A stretch of DNA of 64,000 nucleotides from the human T2T-CHM13v2.0 reference genome, Homo sapiens, in the NCBI RefSeq assembly GCF_009914755.1, contig NC_060933.1, one strand, 5' to 3'. Below, one piece after another: positions 37,246-50,200 of the stretch. Under the pieces are notes generated by a model, which worked only from the letters and a program-made list of their open reading frames with translations, ran no database searches and had not been told where the DNA came from. The position numbers and the translations under genes are program-made. Each line of letters opens with the position of its first letter. Position 1 is the first letter of the stretch.

Positions 37246-40200
37246 TTTCGAGAATCTACATTTGTACCTCTTCACACAGGATCAAACTACAGAAGCTAAA
37301 ATTGTGCCATTATAACAACACAGCCCTTTTATAAAGAGAAAAGCTAGGAAACCAATTCCTTTAGTTTGTTGTCAAGAAGTTTAAAGAAATATTTTTGCTC
37401 ATGGAGCACTTACACAATTTTATATAATGATTCTGAGAATCATGATTCAATCACTGAGGTTTCAGCATAAATCAAGAGGGAAAATGATAATAAATGTCTG
37501 TGAGCTAATAATGGAAAACTACTAAAGTCTTCAAGAGATTACAGGTTAGCAGGAAAAGATGTGAAATGTAAATGACACTTCATTTACTGTAAGAACAAGG
37601 AACAAATGTTCAGAATAATTTCTTTCCACCAAGAATTCCTAATGAAATGTTGAGATCAATGTCTAGCAGGGTATTGAAACAGGACATGGAATAGATGTTA
37701 AAATAAGTCAAACTGAATGAAGTAAGTTAGAGGAAACAGAGCTACATGATTCTTTGTCTTTGATTTCAAGAACAAAGAATTACTTTTTTTTCTTCTTTTC
37801 GAAGCAGCAGTCTTTTATTAGTCATGATGAAAATGTCAAATTCTTCAGGTAGAGTTACAGCTCCAACAGGTGTTGGACAAAAACAAAAATAATCTCCCTC
37901 TAAAAAACCATAATAATAATTCTTAAAATTTTCTCTCTTAATTTTCTTGATAAACCTATCAGAATAACAATTAATACATTAAATTTCAAGTGTGTATATA
38001 AATTATTATTCTGATAGGTATATCAAGCAAATTGAGAGAGAAAATTTTAAGAATTCTTTATTCATTATAATATATCCTCAATTTTCTATGTTAAAAAATT
38101 ATAATCACATTTTTCTAATTATAAAATACATGCTCATTATTTGAAACTGGAAAAATAAGAAGCCCTCCCACAATCCCATCAACCATGTTTTTGTTTGTTT
38201 TTACAAATAAAAGTATGTTTACATGTTACTTATGTCATACGTACATGCTCAATTTTAGAATGCTCATAATATTTTCTCTACTCTGTGCTTTGGGTGGTAA
38301 GTAGGGTGTTCCAGGAAGATACTGATTTTATGTAATTATTTCTTGAATTAAGGCGGATTTTATTCAACATATGGTTGTACATGATTTGATTCACATGGCT
38401 TTGTAAAGTTTCTCATATAAATACATTTGGGAGTCTTTTGCTGGATGTTTTCATATTGAGTTCAAAAACCATGCTACTAAAATCCTACAACTATAATCAT
38501 ACTGCCTGTGTTATCAGAGACACCCTCTTGCTGGTCTTATCCAGCAATACATAAGTTTAGGCTATAGAAACTCCCTTTGGTGACACCCCACCTCTCAGCA
38601 CTGATCCTTTTCTCATTGTTCAATAGCCATCCACAGAAAAATTGATTTTAGATTCCTGAATTGTGACTCTCTGGGAAAAGCAAGTGGTTACCTTTGTGCA
38701 GTCTTCTTTACTATCATTAACAGCTTCTCATGATGTCATAACCCTTAGTCTTTTTTTTTTGACGGAGATATATAGGTACCCCAAACCTTGGAAAAGAGGG
38801 ACCATCCACAGAGGGCACTTTCACAGCTCAGCAAGGTCTTGGATGAAGTTGGAGAGAGTCATTCTGTTGAGCCTGCCCTCCTTTCTGTGGGCACCCAAAT
38901 ATGACCCTCTCCTGTCTGGCACCACCAAACTCCACAAGGTAACTTCTCCTCCTTCCCTCCAGACCATGCCCCAGCCCAGGAACTCTTCTCCAGAAGTGAG
39001 ACAGAGAACTGTTTCAAATTAACTGTGTGGCATAAAGTTTGCACCATGCTTCCCTCAAATCTTCCTTTTGGGTATCAAAAGCCCATTTTGAAGGTCAAAA
39101 AACAAAAAGAAAAAGAAAAGCTCGCTGGTATTTTTCACCCTTTTAGTCCTGCTTCCCCTGGTGGAAAGGCCAAGTGCAATGGGGTAGAGAAAGGAAAGCA
39201 CAATGGTGATATTCCAAAACGTCGTCACATCATTATCATTGAATTATCTGTCTGCTCTCCAATGAGTGTGGGCAACTTGAAGGCAGAATCTCTATACCTG
39301 AGGCCTGCACCCCAGTGCTGAGTGTCACTTCTAGAACATTGCAGCCTCAGGAACTCCTCGCTAAGTGGACACACATGTGAGCTATTACTATTTTTGATTA
39401 TCAGATATGGAGATATTTGACTGCAATACGTGGTATTCTTAACAACTTCCAACAGTGCAAAGTTTCAATCAAGCAGAAAAACAGTTTACTTCCAACTGGA
39501 ATACTGGAGTACCTCGTGTAAACTGTTGAATTAAACAGATTTATGATAGTTCTGCAAAGTGAAAGTTTATAAGGTGTTTTAAAGAAACTGATATCACAGA
39601 CCATATAATTTCCATAGCATTTAAATGTAAGACTGTAATTTCCCTGCATCTGATGATGATGTAAGTGCAGGCATTGAACACTCCGCCTTCCACCCTCAGA
39701 CACATGAGATGACCAGTGGATATAAAATTAGGGAAAAACCAGCATCAGTGTTGGAAAGTAGGAAGGGTGCCATACATATGCCTGCCACACCAGGGAGTAT
39801 ATATTTCATGTAGGCTGATGGTAATGAACCTAAGATACCATTCAGACTCTATTTATGATTGTCCCTGTGACAAAGAAAGTGGCAAGGGAGTGGAGGGACC
39901 TAGACAATTTATGTCAGACCAATTAATTTGAAAAGGGTAAAAGAGATATTGGAAAAGGAAAATCCAATGATCAAAATGCCATTCTGAGGCTAGGCTTTTT
40001 CTTAAGCCAGGAAAGCTTCCAGAAGAAATTGCTCACAAGAGAAGCAAGAGACCACTATAAGATTGGAAGGCCACCCAAACAGGGCCACCTTGGGGATCCT
40101 AGGTAAAGAAAAGATACTGCAGGTCCAAATAAGAAGATCATCTTGAAGAGACAGAAATGCTTCTTTTGAAATAATTACTCTAACAAATAAGCACACAAAT

Positions 40201-40607
40201 ATGCTAATTTGCATCTCAGAAAGATTCCAGCGTTTTTCTGAACCAGTCACTGATAATAGAGTCATCAGTGGAAGAAAAAAAGGAAAAAAAAAAAAAACAA
40301 CCGTAATTGTCCACCAAAAGTTCATGGTTCCCCTTCCATGATTATTCTGGGTGCCACCTGCCCCTTCCTTCAGGGTACAGCTATATGAACAGTTCTTGCC
40401 AAAGACACATGAGCAGAAGTGAAGATCTCTTCTGAAATGGGGTTTTGAAGAAGAAAGTGTGCCTTCCCCACCACATATTTCCATTTTGGCTGGCTGGAGA
40501 GGGAGGGCTCAGGGGTCCTCAGGGATGGAAGGAAACTGAGACCCTGAATCATCACATGAAAGGAGAAAAACTTCTGTTTGTTAAGTTGAATGTTGGGGGA
40601 CTGTTGG

Positions 40608-40992
40608 TGTGGTAGATTGCTTAATGGCTGCAAATTCCTCCCCTCCCAGGCTACCTGCACCTTTGCGATATGACTTTGCTGCACCTTCTGTCCAGAAGTG
40701 GAAGAAAACTGCCTGGCCTCATGACTTGTTTACACCAGTGGAATGTGGCAGGAGTGACATTGTGTGTGGAGCTCAGGCCTTGAGCTCCTGACCTCACCTC
40801 TTGAAAACCTTCCCTTCACCAAGTAAGGAGACTAGGGAAGTTAAAAGAATGGATAGAGAAAGACGCTGTGACATCCAGTACCAGCCCCAGACTGTGTGTA
40901 AGGCCACTTTAGACCCCTAGCCCTGTAAGCCACTGATGACTGCAGCCATCAGAGTGAGCCTAGGAGAAACCAGAAGAACTACAGAATTGTAA
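40608..40992 (+). mobile_element. MaLR LTR, MLT1H/G-like
   Basis: TGTGGTAGATTGC...AATTCCTCCCCTCCC...TGACTTTGC...GAATGTGGCAGGAGTGAC...GATGACTGCAGCCA. Confidence 0.75.
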
Positions 40993-41789
40993 ACCTCAGG
41001 GGAAAATAGCATTTAAAAATACAATAGAGATAAGACCTCAGCTAGTCATAGATGCCCCTGTGTTGCAAACTTCCAGAAAAAAAAAAAAATGCGGTAATCT
41101 CTGGAGTATTTTTAGGGGAAAAGATGTGACAATAGATTCTATAACTAAACAATTACTCTGTGTAATGTGGCTGACAAAAATTGTACCCAAGGATATAAGA
41201 CATGTTAATTATATCATCTATATATGCTTCCGGGAAGCATATATGGATAAAATTACTTGAAGATTTAACCAAGACATAAACCAAAATTTTAAAATTTAAA
41301 TTGGAGGTTGTGGCCAAAAGCCTCAGTGGTACAAATGAAACTAAATAAAGAGTTGTTTAAATAACTATAAATATAGTTTCATAAATTAATACAGATGGTT
41401 TTAACAATTCTTAAAAGAGAAGCTGTGTGATGAAAATGATAATCATTTGGGCCAGAGTCACAAATTACTATCAATAAAAATTAGAACATGTGGGAAAGCT
41501 CTAGACAAGTATATTACATTACTTACACAATGGAAATAAGTATAGTTTAATTTTCAGCATCACCAATTAAAGAAAATATATTCAAAATTTTAAAGAAATT
41601 AAAGGAAAAAAGACTAAATAAAAAGATTGCAACTTCTATTTTTATTACTAAGACTTTTTAAGCAATGTATACTCACTTTAGTGATTTCTTAATAAATTGT
41701 ATATAAATATATGTACTATTGTATATACATGGATATGTGCATATATTATACAATAAAATCATTAAAAAGATGAACTTGAAATAACACTA

Positions 41790-42390
41790 GTTTAAAATAA
41801 ATTTATTGTATTTATTAACAACACAAACAACATTTTTCTTTCTTTCACTGAAATAATAGTAACATTCAGTGAGAGCAGAATGTTTAAATTTTTCAATGTT
41901 TTTGAAACTGTTGGTTACATATCTTGCAATATAGCAACCCAAAGGTATGATTCTGGGTCAATTTTTATTTCAAACTTGGTTTTCATGGCTGTAGTAACTG
42001 AATAAGATCCTTCACAGAGAGAGAAACGCAAGGGAAAGAAGTGTGTCATTGGCTGTACTTAATAATCATGACATTTATAATCGATTCCACCCATCAATTA
42101 TGTAATTGTTCTTGTTGAAATTTGGTAGTAAGTTTCCATCTTCCATGATCAATTGTTCTTGAAAAGGAATCAGTACATGTTATAGTTTTTTGCCTCAACA
42201 AAGGGTTTAAAATTCTCTAAAAACTTTCAAAGATTATAAAAATTCTATTTTAAATCCTTTAAGTGTGTTGATACCACAGATTATTTTTTATAGGTGTAAC
42301 ATTTCTATCGTTTTCAGCAATGTATCACATAGCAATGGAAACACTGAGAAACATTTCCAAACATCCGTTTTGAAAATGCTCTCTATTACC
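41790..42390 (-). mobile_element. hAT-Charlie (Charlie7-like) transposase fossil, C-terminal dimerisation region
   Basis: The minus strand translates to EHFQNGCLEMF and LCEGSYSVTTAMKTKFEIKIDPESYLWVAI, matching the hAT C-terminal LCExGFSxxxxxKTKYRNKL motif. Confidence 0.8.
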
Positions 42391-42949
42391 TCATAATGTG
42401 GCTGATGGAGCACTCCTGCCAGGAAAATGGAAAGCATTAGCTGGGCCTTTTGGGGTGGGGGTGGGAGGGAGGGGGTGGGGAGACAGACGGGTTGTCATTA
42501 TTGTTCTTGTCTGTATCATGGGCATTACTTTTAACCTGCTTCTTTTTTTTGGAATTATCTTAAGATTCTTGTAAATTTTGACAGCTTACATAAAAGCAAA
42601 TTAAATAACTCTTAAATCCACCTAACTGGGCACACAAACTTCAGTGAGTCAAAAGTTTGCAGAATGTAAAAGTGTCATTGTCATTCACCCCCACCCTCTG
42701 GAAATCACTCCCTTCCACCTTGCTTACTATCAATAAACAGAGAGCATCTGTCTTACTTGTGGACCTGCGTGAAGAACCAGTGACAATTTATATTAAATGA
42801 GTCAAGTTTAATATCAATCTTAATTTTGAAATGTAAAAACTAGTATTTCCTTCTGGGACTCCAATTAATGTTCTATGCATTCCACTTTGGAGAACAAAGC
42901 TATAGCAAATAAACCAGTATGGAAGCATTATGGAAAGAAGGCTGCAGAA

Positions 42950-43545
42950 ATGAGACCAAGTGTACCAATTGTGACAACAAATACAAATAATCAGAAATTA
43001 AAACTTAACTATAGAAGATACTTCCAAAACTAAAATATTGAATTTATTTTAAAATATTAAGAACACAAAGAGAGGGAGAGACACACTTTTGTTTCAGCAA
43101 GCCCAAACAAAAAGGAAGTAGGGGCCACAATATTAATATCAGACAAAAGAGAATATGCAGCAAGTAGGATGACGCGGGGCGGGGAGTATCATTGAATATT
43201 AATAAAAAGCAAAGTCTGTAATAAAAATGCCATATGCTAGAAACCCTAGGCAAAACGTACAGACACATGGTAAGAGAGACTTCAACATACCACCTCTACC
43301 TTGGCCATTTAAGTAGATAAAAACCAACCCAAAGATATAGAAGATTTGAATAATGAAGTTAATAATTTATATACACAGTGAGTTCAAGGGATGAAGGAGA
43401 GAATATACCTTCTTTCCAAGATTCTATGAAACATTTACCAATATAAATCATATATTTGGCTGCAAAAATAAAGCCAAAATATATTCCCAAAGTAGTAATT
43501 CCCAAAATAGGAATTGTGTAGATCATGTTCTACAATTTTAAATGT
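42950..43545 (+). mobile_element. Old L1M ORF2 endonuclease-region fragment
   Basis: GAGACTTCAACATACC...AAAGATATAGAAGATTTGAATAA...GAATATACCTTCTTTCCAAG...GAAACATTTACCAA. Confidence 0.7.
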
Positions 43546-43856
43546 CAAAATTGGTAACTTACTCAAAGTCATTGGCCTTTTACTATAAGCCATTTCCCTA
43601 AAACCATAGCTTTCCACCAAAACATCATAGAAATTACCATAAACTAGAAATATGCAAATCTATTATGTTCTTGAAATATTCCTGTTCTACTAACTTTGTT
43701 TTAAAAAGATGATTCAAGGCTTAGACCATTTTATCATTAAAGAAATACATACTTATTATAAGAAATTCAATCAATAAAGTCTAAAGAAAAATGGTAAAAA
43801 TCATCCATAACCACATTACCCAGAGATTATTTTGATTTTATCACTTCATTTATTTT

Positions 43857-43877
43857 ACACACACACACACACACACA
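43857..43877 (+). repeat. (AC)n microsatellite
   Basis: About 10 AC units. Confidence 0.85.
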
Positions 43878-44365
43878 AACACTCATACAAGCATCCACAT
43901 GCTTTTGCTCCCACACAGCATAGGGGCATACTGTAACTTTCTATTAATTAATTAATATATCACAGGCACATGTACATGCCAATAAATAACAGTCTACATT
44001 GTTATTTTTTAAATGGTAATTTTCCATAGTACTGGATGTTCCAGGGGTTATTTCACCAATCCTCTACTGAACTGTCTTTATTCATCGACCTATTAACACT
44101 TGATCAGATTTATGGCTTGTTCATGTTCCAATTTGTCATTTGATTGCGTTAGCTTTCTACATTTGTTTTGTGGTTGTGGTGGGTGGTTGGTTGGTTTGAT
44201 TAATTTCCTGGTTTTTGTTGTTGGTGGTGGTGATCGTGGTGGTGATGGTAGTGGTGGTTTGGTTTGGCTTTGATTAGAAAGTTTCTATTTTTATATAGTC
44301 AAATCTATCACCTTTTTCTTTTATAAGTTTCTGATTTTGATGTCATGTTTAAAAATGCCTTACAA

Positions 44366-44629
44366 ATCCAGGCCCAGGGGTTCATGCCTACAATCCCAGC
44401 ACTTTGGGATGCTGAGGTGGGAGGATTGCTTGAGCCTAGGAGTTTGAGACCAGCTTGAACAAGATGGTGAGACCCCAGGAGTTTGAGACCAGCTTGGACA
44501 AGATGGTAAGTCCCCAGGAGTTTCAGGCCAGCTTGGACAAGATGGTAAGACCCCAGGAGTTTAAGACCAGCTTGGACAAGATGGTAAGACCCCACCTCAA
44601 AAGAAAGAAAGGAAAGGAAAGGAAAGTTC
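44366..44629 (+). mobile_element. FLAM_C-like Alu monomer containing a 4 x 39-bp minisatellite
   Basis: AATCCCAGCACTTTGGGATGCTGAGGTGGGAGGATTGCTTGAGCC; GA-rich tail; 16-bp TSD TTAAAAATGCCTTACA (44349-44364 / 44630-44645). Confidence 0.92.
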
Positions 44630-44744
44630 TTAAAAATGCCTTACATATCTCAAATTTATAGAAATACCTATATTTTCTTCTAGTTTTAAATTTACTTTTA
44701 AAACTTTAGTCCATCTGAACTGTATTTTGGTGCAAGGCATGGGG

Positions 44745-44990
44745 CTAGAAGACAGTACAGCAAGAGGTTAACAAGATAAACCCAGACTCTATACTGCCTG
44801 GGTTCAAATTCCAGCTCTACTCCTGACCAGCTGTGTGATCTTGGACAAATTACTTAGCTTGTCTGTGTTTCAACCTTCTTATCTATAAAATGGTGATAAC
44901 AGTATCTACCTGTAGAATTTCTGTGGGGAAAAAAATGTTAATTGGTATAAAGTACACAGAGCCATATTTAACACAGAGCACAAGCTATCA
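44745..44990 (+). mobile_element. MIR SINE
   Basis: CTGCCTGGGTTCAAATTCCAGCTCTAC...CAGCTGTGTGATCTTGGACAAATTACTTA...ATCTATAAAATGGTGATAA. Confidence 0.85.
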
Positions 44991-45429
44991 TTTTTCCAAA
45001 TGACTAACCAGTTGTGCCAACCCAATCAGTGAATATCCTCTGCCCTCATCCCTAATTTGAATCTCATTTTTATTATTTACTGAAATCTGGTGTACTGTCT
45101 GTCTGGTGCTATTCCTCCTGTGCCAACACTATTTAAGTGACTCTAACTACCCAATGCACTTTCATACTTCTTGGGGTACGTACAACTTCATTATTCCTCT
45201 TTCTCAATGTATTCTTGACTAACCCTATCCTGATATTTTTCTAGATGAACCTGAATATAGTTCATCGAATGCCAAGAATAAGTCCTTTAGGATTTTAATT
45301 GGAATTGGATTGAACTTGTGTGTTAATTTCATATTTTTACATCAAAATAAATTTAATGACAAAAAGCAGTTTACATTTTCAAAAATACTTTTAGAGCATT
45401 GTCTAATTTGAGACTTAGAAAATATTTAT

Positions 45430-47004
45430 GAAACTATTACAAAAAGTCTAGAAGGAGCACCTCCTTAACCTATCATGAAGCCAGCATCAGACTGATACCA
45501 AAATCTGTCAGAGACACAATGAAAAAAAGAAAACTTTAGGCCAATATCCCCGATGAACTTAGACATAAAAATCCTCATCAAAATATTAGCAAACCAAGTC
45601 CAGCAGCATATCAAAAAATTAGTACATCACGATCAACTATACTTTATTCCAAGGATACAAGCCTGGTTCAACATATGCAAATCAATAAATGTGATTCACC
45701 ACACAGACAGAATTGAAAGCAAAAACTATAACATCATCTCAATTGATACAGAAAGAGTTTTCAATAAAATCAAATAAAAATATGCAAAATGATGCTAGCC
45801 ATACGCAGAAGGTGGAAGCTCGACCCCTACCTTTCACCATATACAAAAATTAACTCAAAATGGATCAAAGATTTAAATTTAAGACCTCAAACTATAAAAA
45901 GTCTAGAAGACAATCTAGGAAATATTTTCTTGACATCAGCCTTGGCTAGTCCCCAAAAGCAATTGCAAAAATAGACAAAACCCAAAATAGACAAGTGGGA
46001 CCTAATTAAACTAAAGAGCTTCTGCACAGCAAAAGAAACTATCAACAGAGTAAAGAGACAGCCTACAGAATGGGACAAGATATTCACAAACTATGCATAT
46101 GACAAAGGCCTAATATCCAGAATCTATACAGAGTTTAAACAAATCAACAAGCAAAAAACAAATAACCTATTAAAAAATGGGCAAAGGACATAAACAGACA
46201 CTTCTCAAAAGAAGACATGCAAGTGGCCAGCAAACATATTAAAAATTTTCTCAGCATCACTGATCATCAGAGAAATGCAAGTCAATACCACAGTGAAATG
46301 CCATCTCACACCAGTCAAAATGACTATTATCAAAAAATCAAAAAGCATGGATGCTGGTGAGCCTGCAGAGAAAAGGAAATGTTTATACACTGTTGGTGGG
46401 AATGTAAATTAGTCCAGCCACTATGGAAAACAGTCTGGAGATCTCTCAAAGAATTTAAAACAGAGCTACCATTTGACCCAGCAATCCCATTAGTGAGTAT
46501 ACACTCAAAGGAAAATAAATCATTCTACCAAAAAGACACATGCATGCATATGTTCATCACTGTGTTATTCACAATAGCAAAGACATGGAAACAACCCAGG
46601 TGCCCATCAATGGTGGATCAGATAAAGAAAATATGGAATATATACACCATGGAATGCTATACAGCCATAAAAAAGAATGAAATCATATCCTTTTTAGTAA
46701 CATACCTGCAGTTGAAGACCACAATCCTAAGCAAATTAATGTAGGAACAGAAAACGAAATACTGCATATTCTCACTTGTAAGTGGGAGCTAAGCACTGAG
46801 CAAACATGGACATAAACATGGGAACAACAGATACTGTGGACTACTGGGAAGGAGGGACGGAGAGGGCCTAGGCTGAAAAACTACCAATCAGGTACCATGC
46901 TTACTACCTGACGGGTGGGATCTGTACCCTAAACCTCAGCATCATGGAATATTCCCATGTAACAAACCCATACTTGTACCCCTTGTATCTAAAAGTTGAA
47001 AAAA
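45430..47004 (+). mobile_element. 5'-truncated L1 (L1PA16/17 or L1PB4-like) with an internal ORF2 deletion
   Basis: RT remnant ([13 protein letters not shown]), C-terminal remnant (HCWWECKLVQPLWK) and 3' UTR AAACCTCAGCATCA...CCCATGTAACAAACC. Confidence 0.92.
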
Positions 47005-48289
47005 TTTGTGTTTTTTTGAGGAGGTGTGCAAGTATGCATTGCCTCCATTTAATTGACAGACAAGGCTCGAAAAGTCTCAGGTGCTCACAGCAGTAATAAG
47101 AAGTAGAATCAAGATTTAATCAGTTAAGTTACAAAATCCACTCTTTTTATAATACCATGCTAATACAGTAAAGAGGCATCAGCTAGACCATCAGGAGGTG
47201 TAAATGTGAATTCCAGTTCTAACCTGAACTCATCTTTCCTCCATGTGGGGCCTTGGTTTCCTTATCTTGACTAGCTCATGCTAGGTTTCTTCCTGCTCTG
47301 ATCTGTGACTCCCTATTTAAGATTATTTATCATCTTAAACATTATCTCAAAATTTAGGCTACTTTACTATGTTCCCAAGGTATCACCCACATATTTGCTT
47401 CATTTGCCCTTAATTAATATGTGGTTAAGTAGTCTCATTAAATGAATAACGTCATAACTAATGAAAAAAGTTACATAAAGGTCATTGGTATTTTGTCCTC
47501 GGCTCTCAGATGCTTATACTCGCTTGCAGACAATTGGAAAAGAAAAAATAACTCCCCAAGATGATAAAAAATTTTTTTGCAAAACACCAATCTTGTTCAC
47601 TAACACTGGATCTCAAAATTATAAACTTTCTTAAGTAATTCAGATCTATGGAGTATTTTCATGCTTTTACTCTCTTCAGAGAAAAAGCTATGGAGGCTGT
47701 TAGCAAACTTAAGTCCAAAATCGACAGCTCCTAAAATACTAGTTTTTTAGGATGACTTTGCACAGCCTCGTCTTACACTTTGAAATGCCAGATATTTTCA
47801 GGTGGTATATCTTTCGTTCCCACACCATTATGTTTATTCAGGCATCAGCAATACTATGTTCTTTTCCTGTGACCCTCAAAACCATATACAAATATACTTT
47901 CCCATTCTATAGGAAAACAGAGTGTGAAAGCACTTCTGAATGAATGAAAGAGATTAGGGTAAAAACCTCAGATTGGAACTTTAAACTGAAGCACCTGATA
48001 CAGATATACTGTGCTAACAGCCAAAAGCAAATATAACCCTAGTCAGGGAGACATAATCTCCCCCTAGCACTTATAAAGTGCCAGGCGGGCAATTCCTGTG
48101 CCTTTAGGTGTGTGCTAACTGATGCTCACAGCATTCTCTCTGCTGAAAACAGGCAGACATTATGTTTTTTATTCTTTCTTTTGGAAATTGCATAAAACCA
48201 TGTTAGAACTGAATTTGAGAGGGATTTTGAGCTAATCTTTGTGATTAATTAAACTTTTAAAATGTATTTAGGCTACAATATCTAAACTT

Positions 48290-48640
48290 TCACATCAAAG
48301 GACCTAGACCTGGGTGCAGCTCTCCTACTCAGGAAATGTGTGTCTTTAGGCAAGTCACTCATGTTCATAGGCCTCCATTTCCATAAAAAATTTTAAAAAA
48401 TAAGAAAGGTGAAGGGTATCTTTGAGCTCCTATTCAGTTATACTTCAGTGACAAGAACTAAACTTTCAGGTAAGTGATGTGAGTTTGGTATTCATATATA
48501 CTATCCGCAGGACCTTGAAAACATCGTTAAAATACTTCCGTTATCATACCTATACAGTAGTGACAGGGAGACCTACATCACGGAATTGTATGTATTAGTT
48601 GAGATAACGAGAAAATGACTGAGCACCATTTCATGTTTCC
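48290..48640 (+). mobile_element. MIR fragments
   Basis: GACCTGGGT...TTTAGGCAAGTCACTC...GCCTCCATTTCC. Confidence 0.5.
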
Positions 48641-49159
48641 CCAAAGGGACAAAAATATACACAATATATAAACTTTTTTTCCTATAGTGTTTTTTGGTTT
48701 TTGGTGGTGAAGATGATGATGGGTAACCTCTATGTTGTTTACTTTGGAGTCATGTAACGTCTAGGTGAATGTGCATAGTTGTGTTATCTATGAAAATTAA
48801 ATAAAAGATATTCAAATACAATTTTAGAGATTAAATATTTTCTACCAACCTAGTCATATTTTCACCCATTTCCTTAGCTATTCCTGTTCTATTTCATGGT
48901 GTGCATTCCAAAAGCAGTAAGTAATCTTGGATGTCAAGAAATTCTACAAGCAGTGGCAATGTTCTCTTTCCACAGCGTGACTATAAACAGAAATCTCATT
49001 ACATGCTGACATTTATTTCTATTTAGTATTGCTTTTAACCTGGAGACAAAATGCAAATATGTATTTTATTATGAGGTTCTTTTCCTACTTATATAAGGCA
49101 TGTGTAACCGAATTTCCCACTGTTGTGAGTGTTTTGTTTCTTTGTTTGCTACAAAGACT

Positions 49160-49520
49160 TTTCAGGGTCTGCTGAATGCCAGCCTTTAGGTAGGTGCTGG
49201 GATGAAAAGATTAGTAAGACACAATCTCCTGCTTAAGGAACCCTAGAGTTAAATAGGTAGACATATACAAATAGTTTCAATACATTTGGATAATAATATT
49301 GTATCTTAATTCTTAGAAATGAGTACAAGGTATAGGGAAGGCTCATAGAAGGGAAGAGCAGGAAACTCCCTCTGGGGCTCACGAGGCCTTCACTGAGTAT
49401 ATGATGCTTACCGAGGACTCAATGGATGAGCAGGAGTTTCATCATTGGTCAATGAGAGCAATGTTGGAAGACAGGCAGACATGAAAAAAAAGTTATGAGG
49501 TGAGGAAAGCAGGGCATATT
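49160..49520 (-). mobile_element. L2 3' portion
   Basis: TAGGTGCTGGGATGAAAAGATTAGTAAGACACAATCTCCTGCTTAAGGA...GGCCTTCACTGAG. Confidence 0.65.
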
Positions 49521-49994
49521 TGAGAAGCTGCACATGATTTCATATGCTAAGTATTCAATATAGTTTTCATGCTGAGAAAGATATCTTAGAACCTCAGTAT
49601 AGGAATACCTAATCAAACCTCTCACCAAATCAGCCATTCCTCTTCTCAGAGTCATTTTCTTTCCACACCATTAATTCCTTAAAGTCTTATCTCACTTCTG
49701 ACTTGATACTTTTCTGATTTCCTTCTTTTATGAAAAGGCTGGGAATATTCTGAGCAGAAAAAAATCCAGAAACATCTTCCAATTTCTCTTTTGCTCATTG
49801 AGGGTAAGCCTCAAATGATCAAGGCTTACCCACCTGTACTAGTCAATTGGTAAGTGTGGTGTATGCCATGTGGCACTGGGGTGTCCCTCATAAGGGAAAC
49901 AGTCTCTGTGTTTTGGGAGCCTACCCGATTCCTAACTCCTTTCATGAAGCTGGATGCAGGGCCTGGGTCTTTGCATCACCTCCTTGAGGAAAGG

Positions 49995-50200
49995 GCAGAC
50001 TGAAGAGTCTAGGCTTTGGATGCTAGACACATAGGCTCCTATCCCAGCTCTGCCATTTCTTCTCCACACAATCTTGGCAAGTCACTCATCTTTCTGACCT
50101 TCAGTTTCCTCAGCTAGAAAAATGGATGCCCAGGGATTTGATTACCTGGGTGTCTGTGAGGAAAAATAATGAATAATGTTCATTAAAAGTCTAGGTAAAC
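49995..50200 (+). mobile_element. MIR SINE
   Basis: GGCTTTGGATGCTAGAC...ATCCCAGCTCTGCCA...TTGGCAAGTCACT...TTCAGTTTCCTCAGCTAGAAAAATGG. Confidence 0.8.

Noticed and set aside
44165-44270. (TGG/TTGG)n-like stretch
   Set aside because: Degenerate low-complexity sequence with no further structure.
44438-44593. The 4 x 39-bp array as a CRISPR-like array or repeat-protein gene
   Set aside because: The units are contiguous with no unique spacers, are Alu-derived, and sit in primate DNA.
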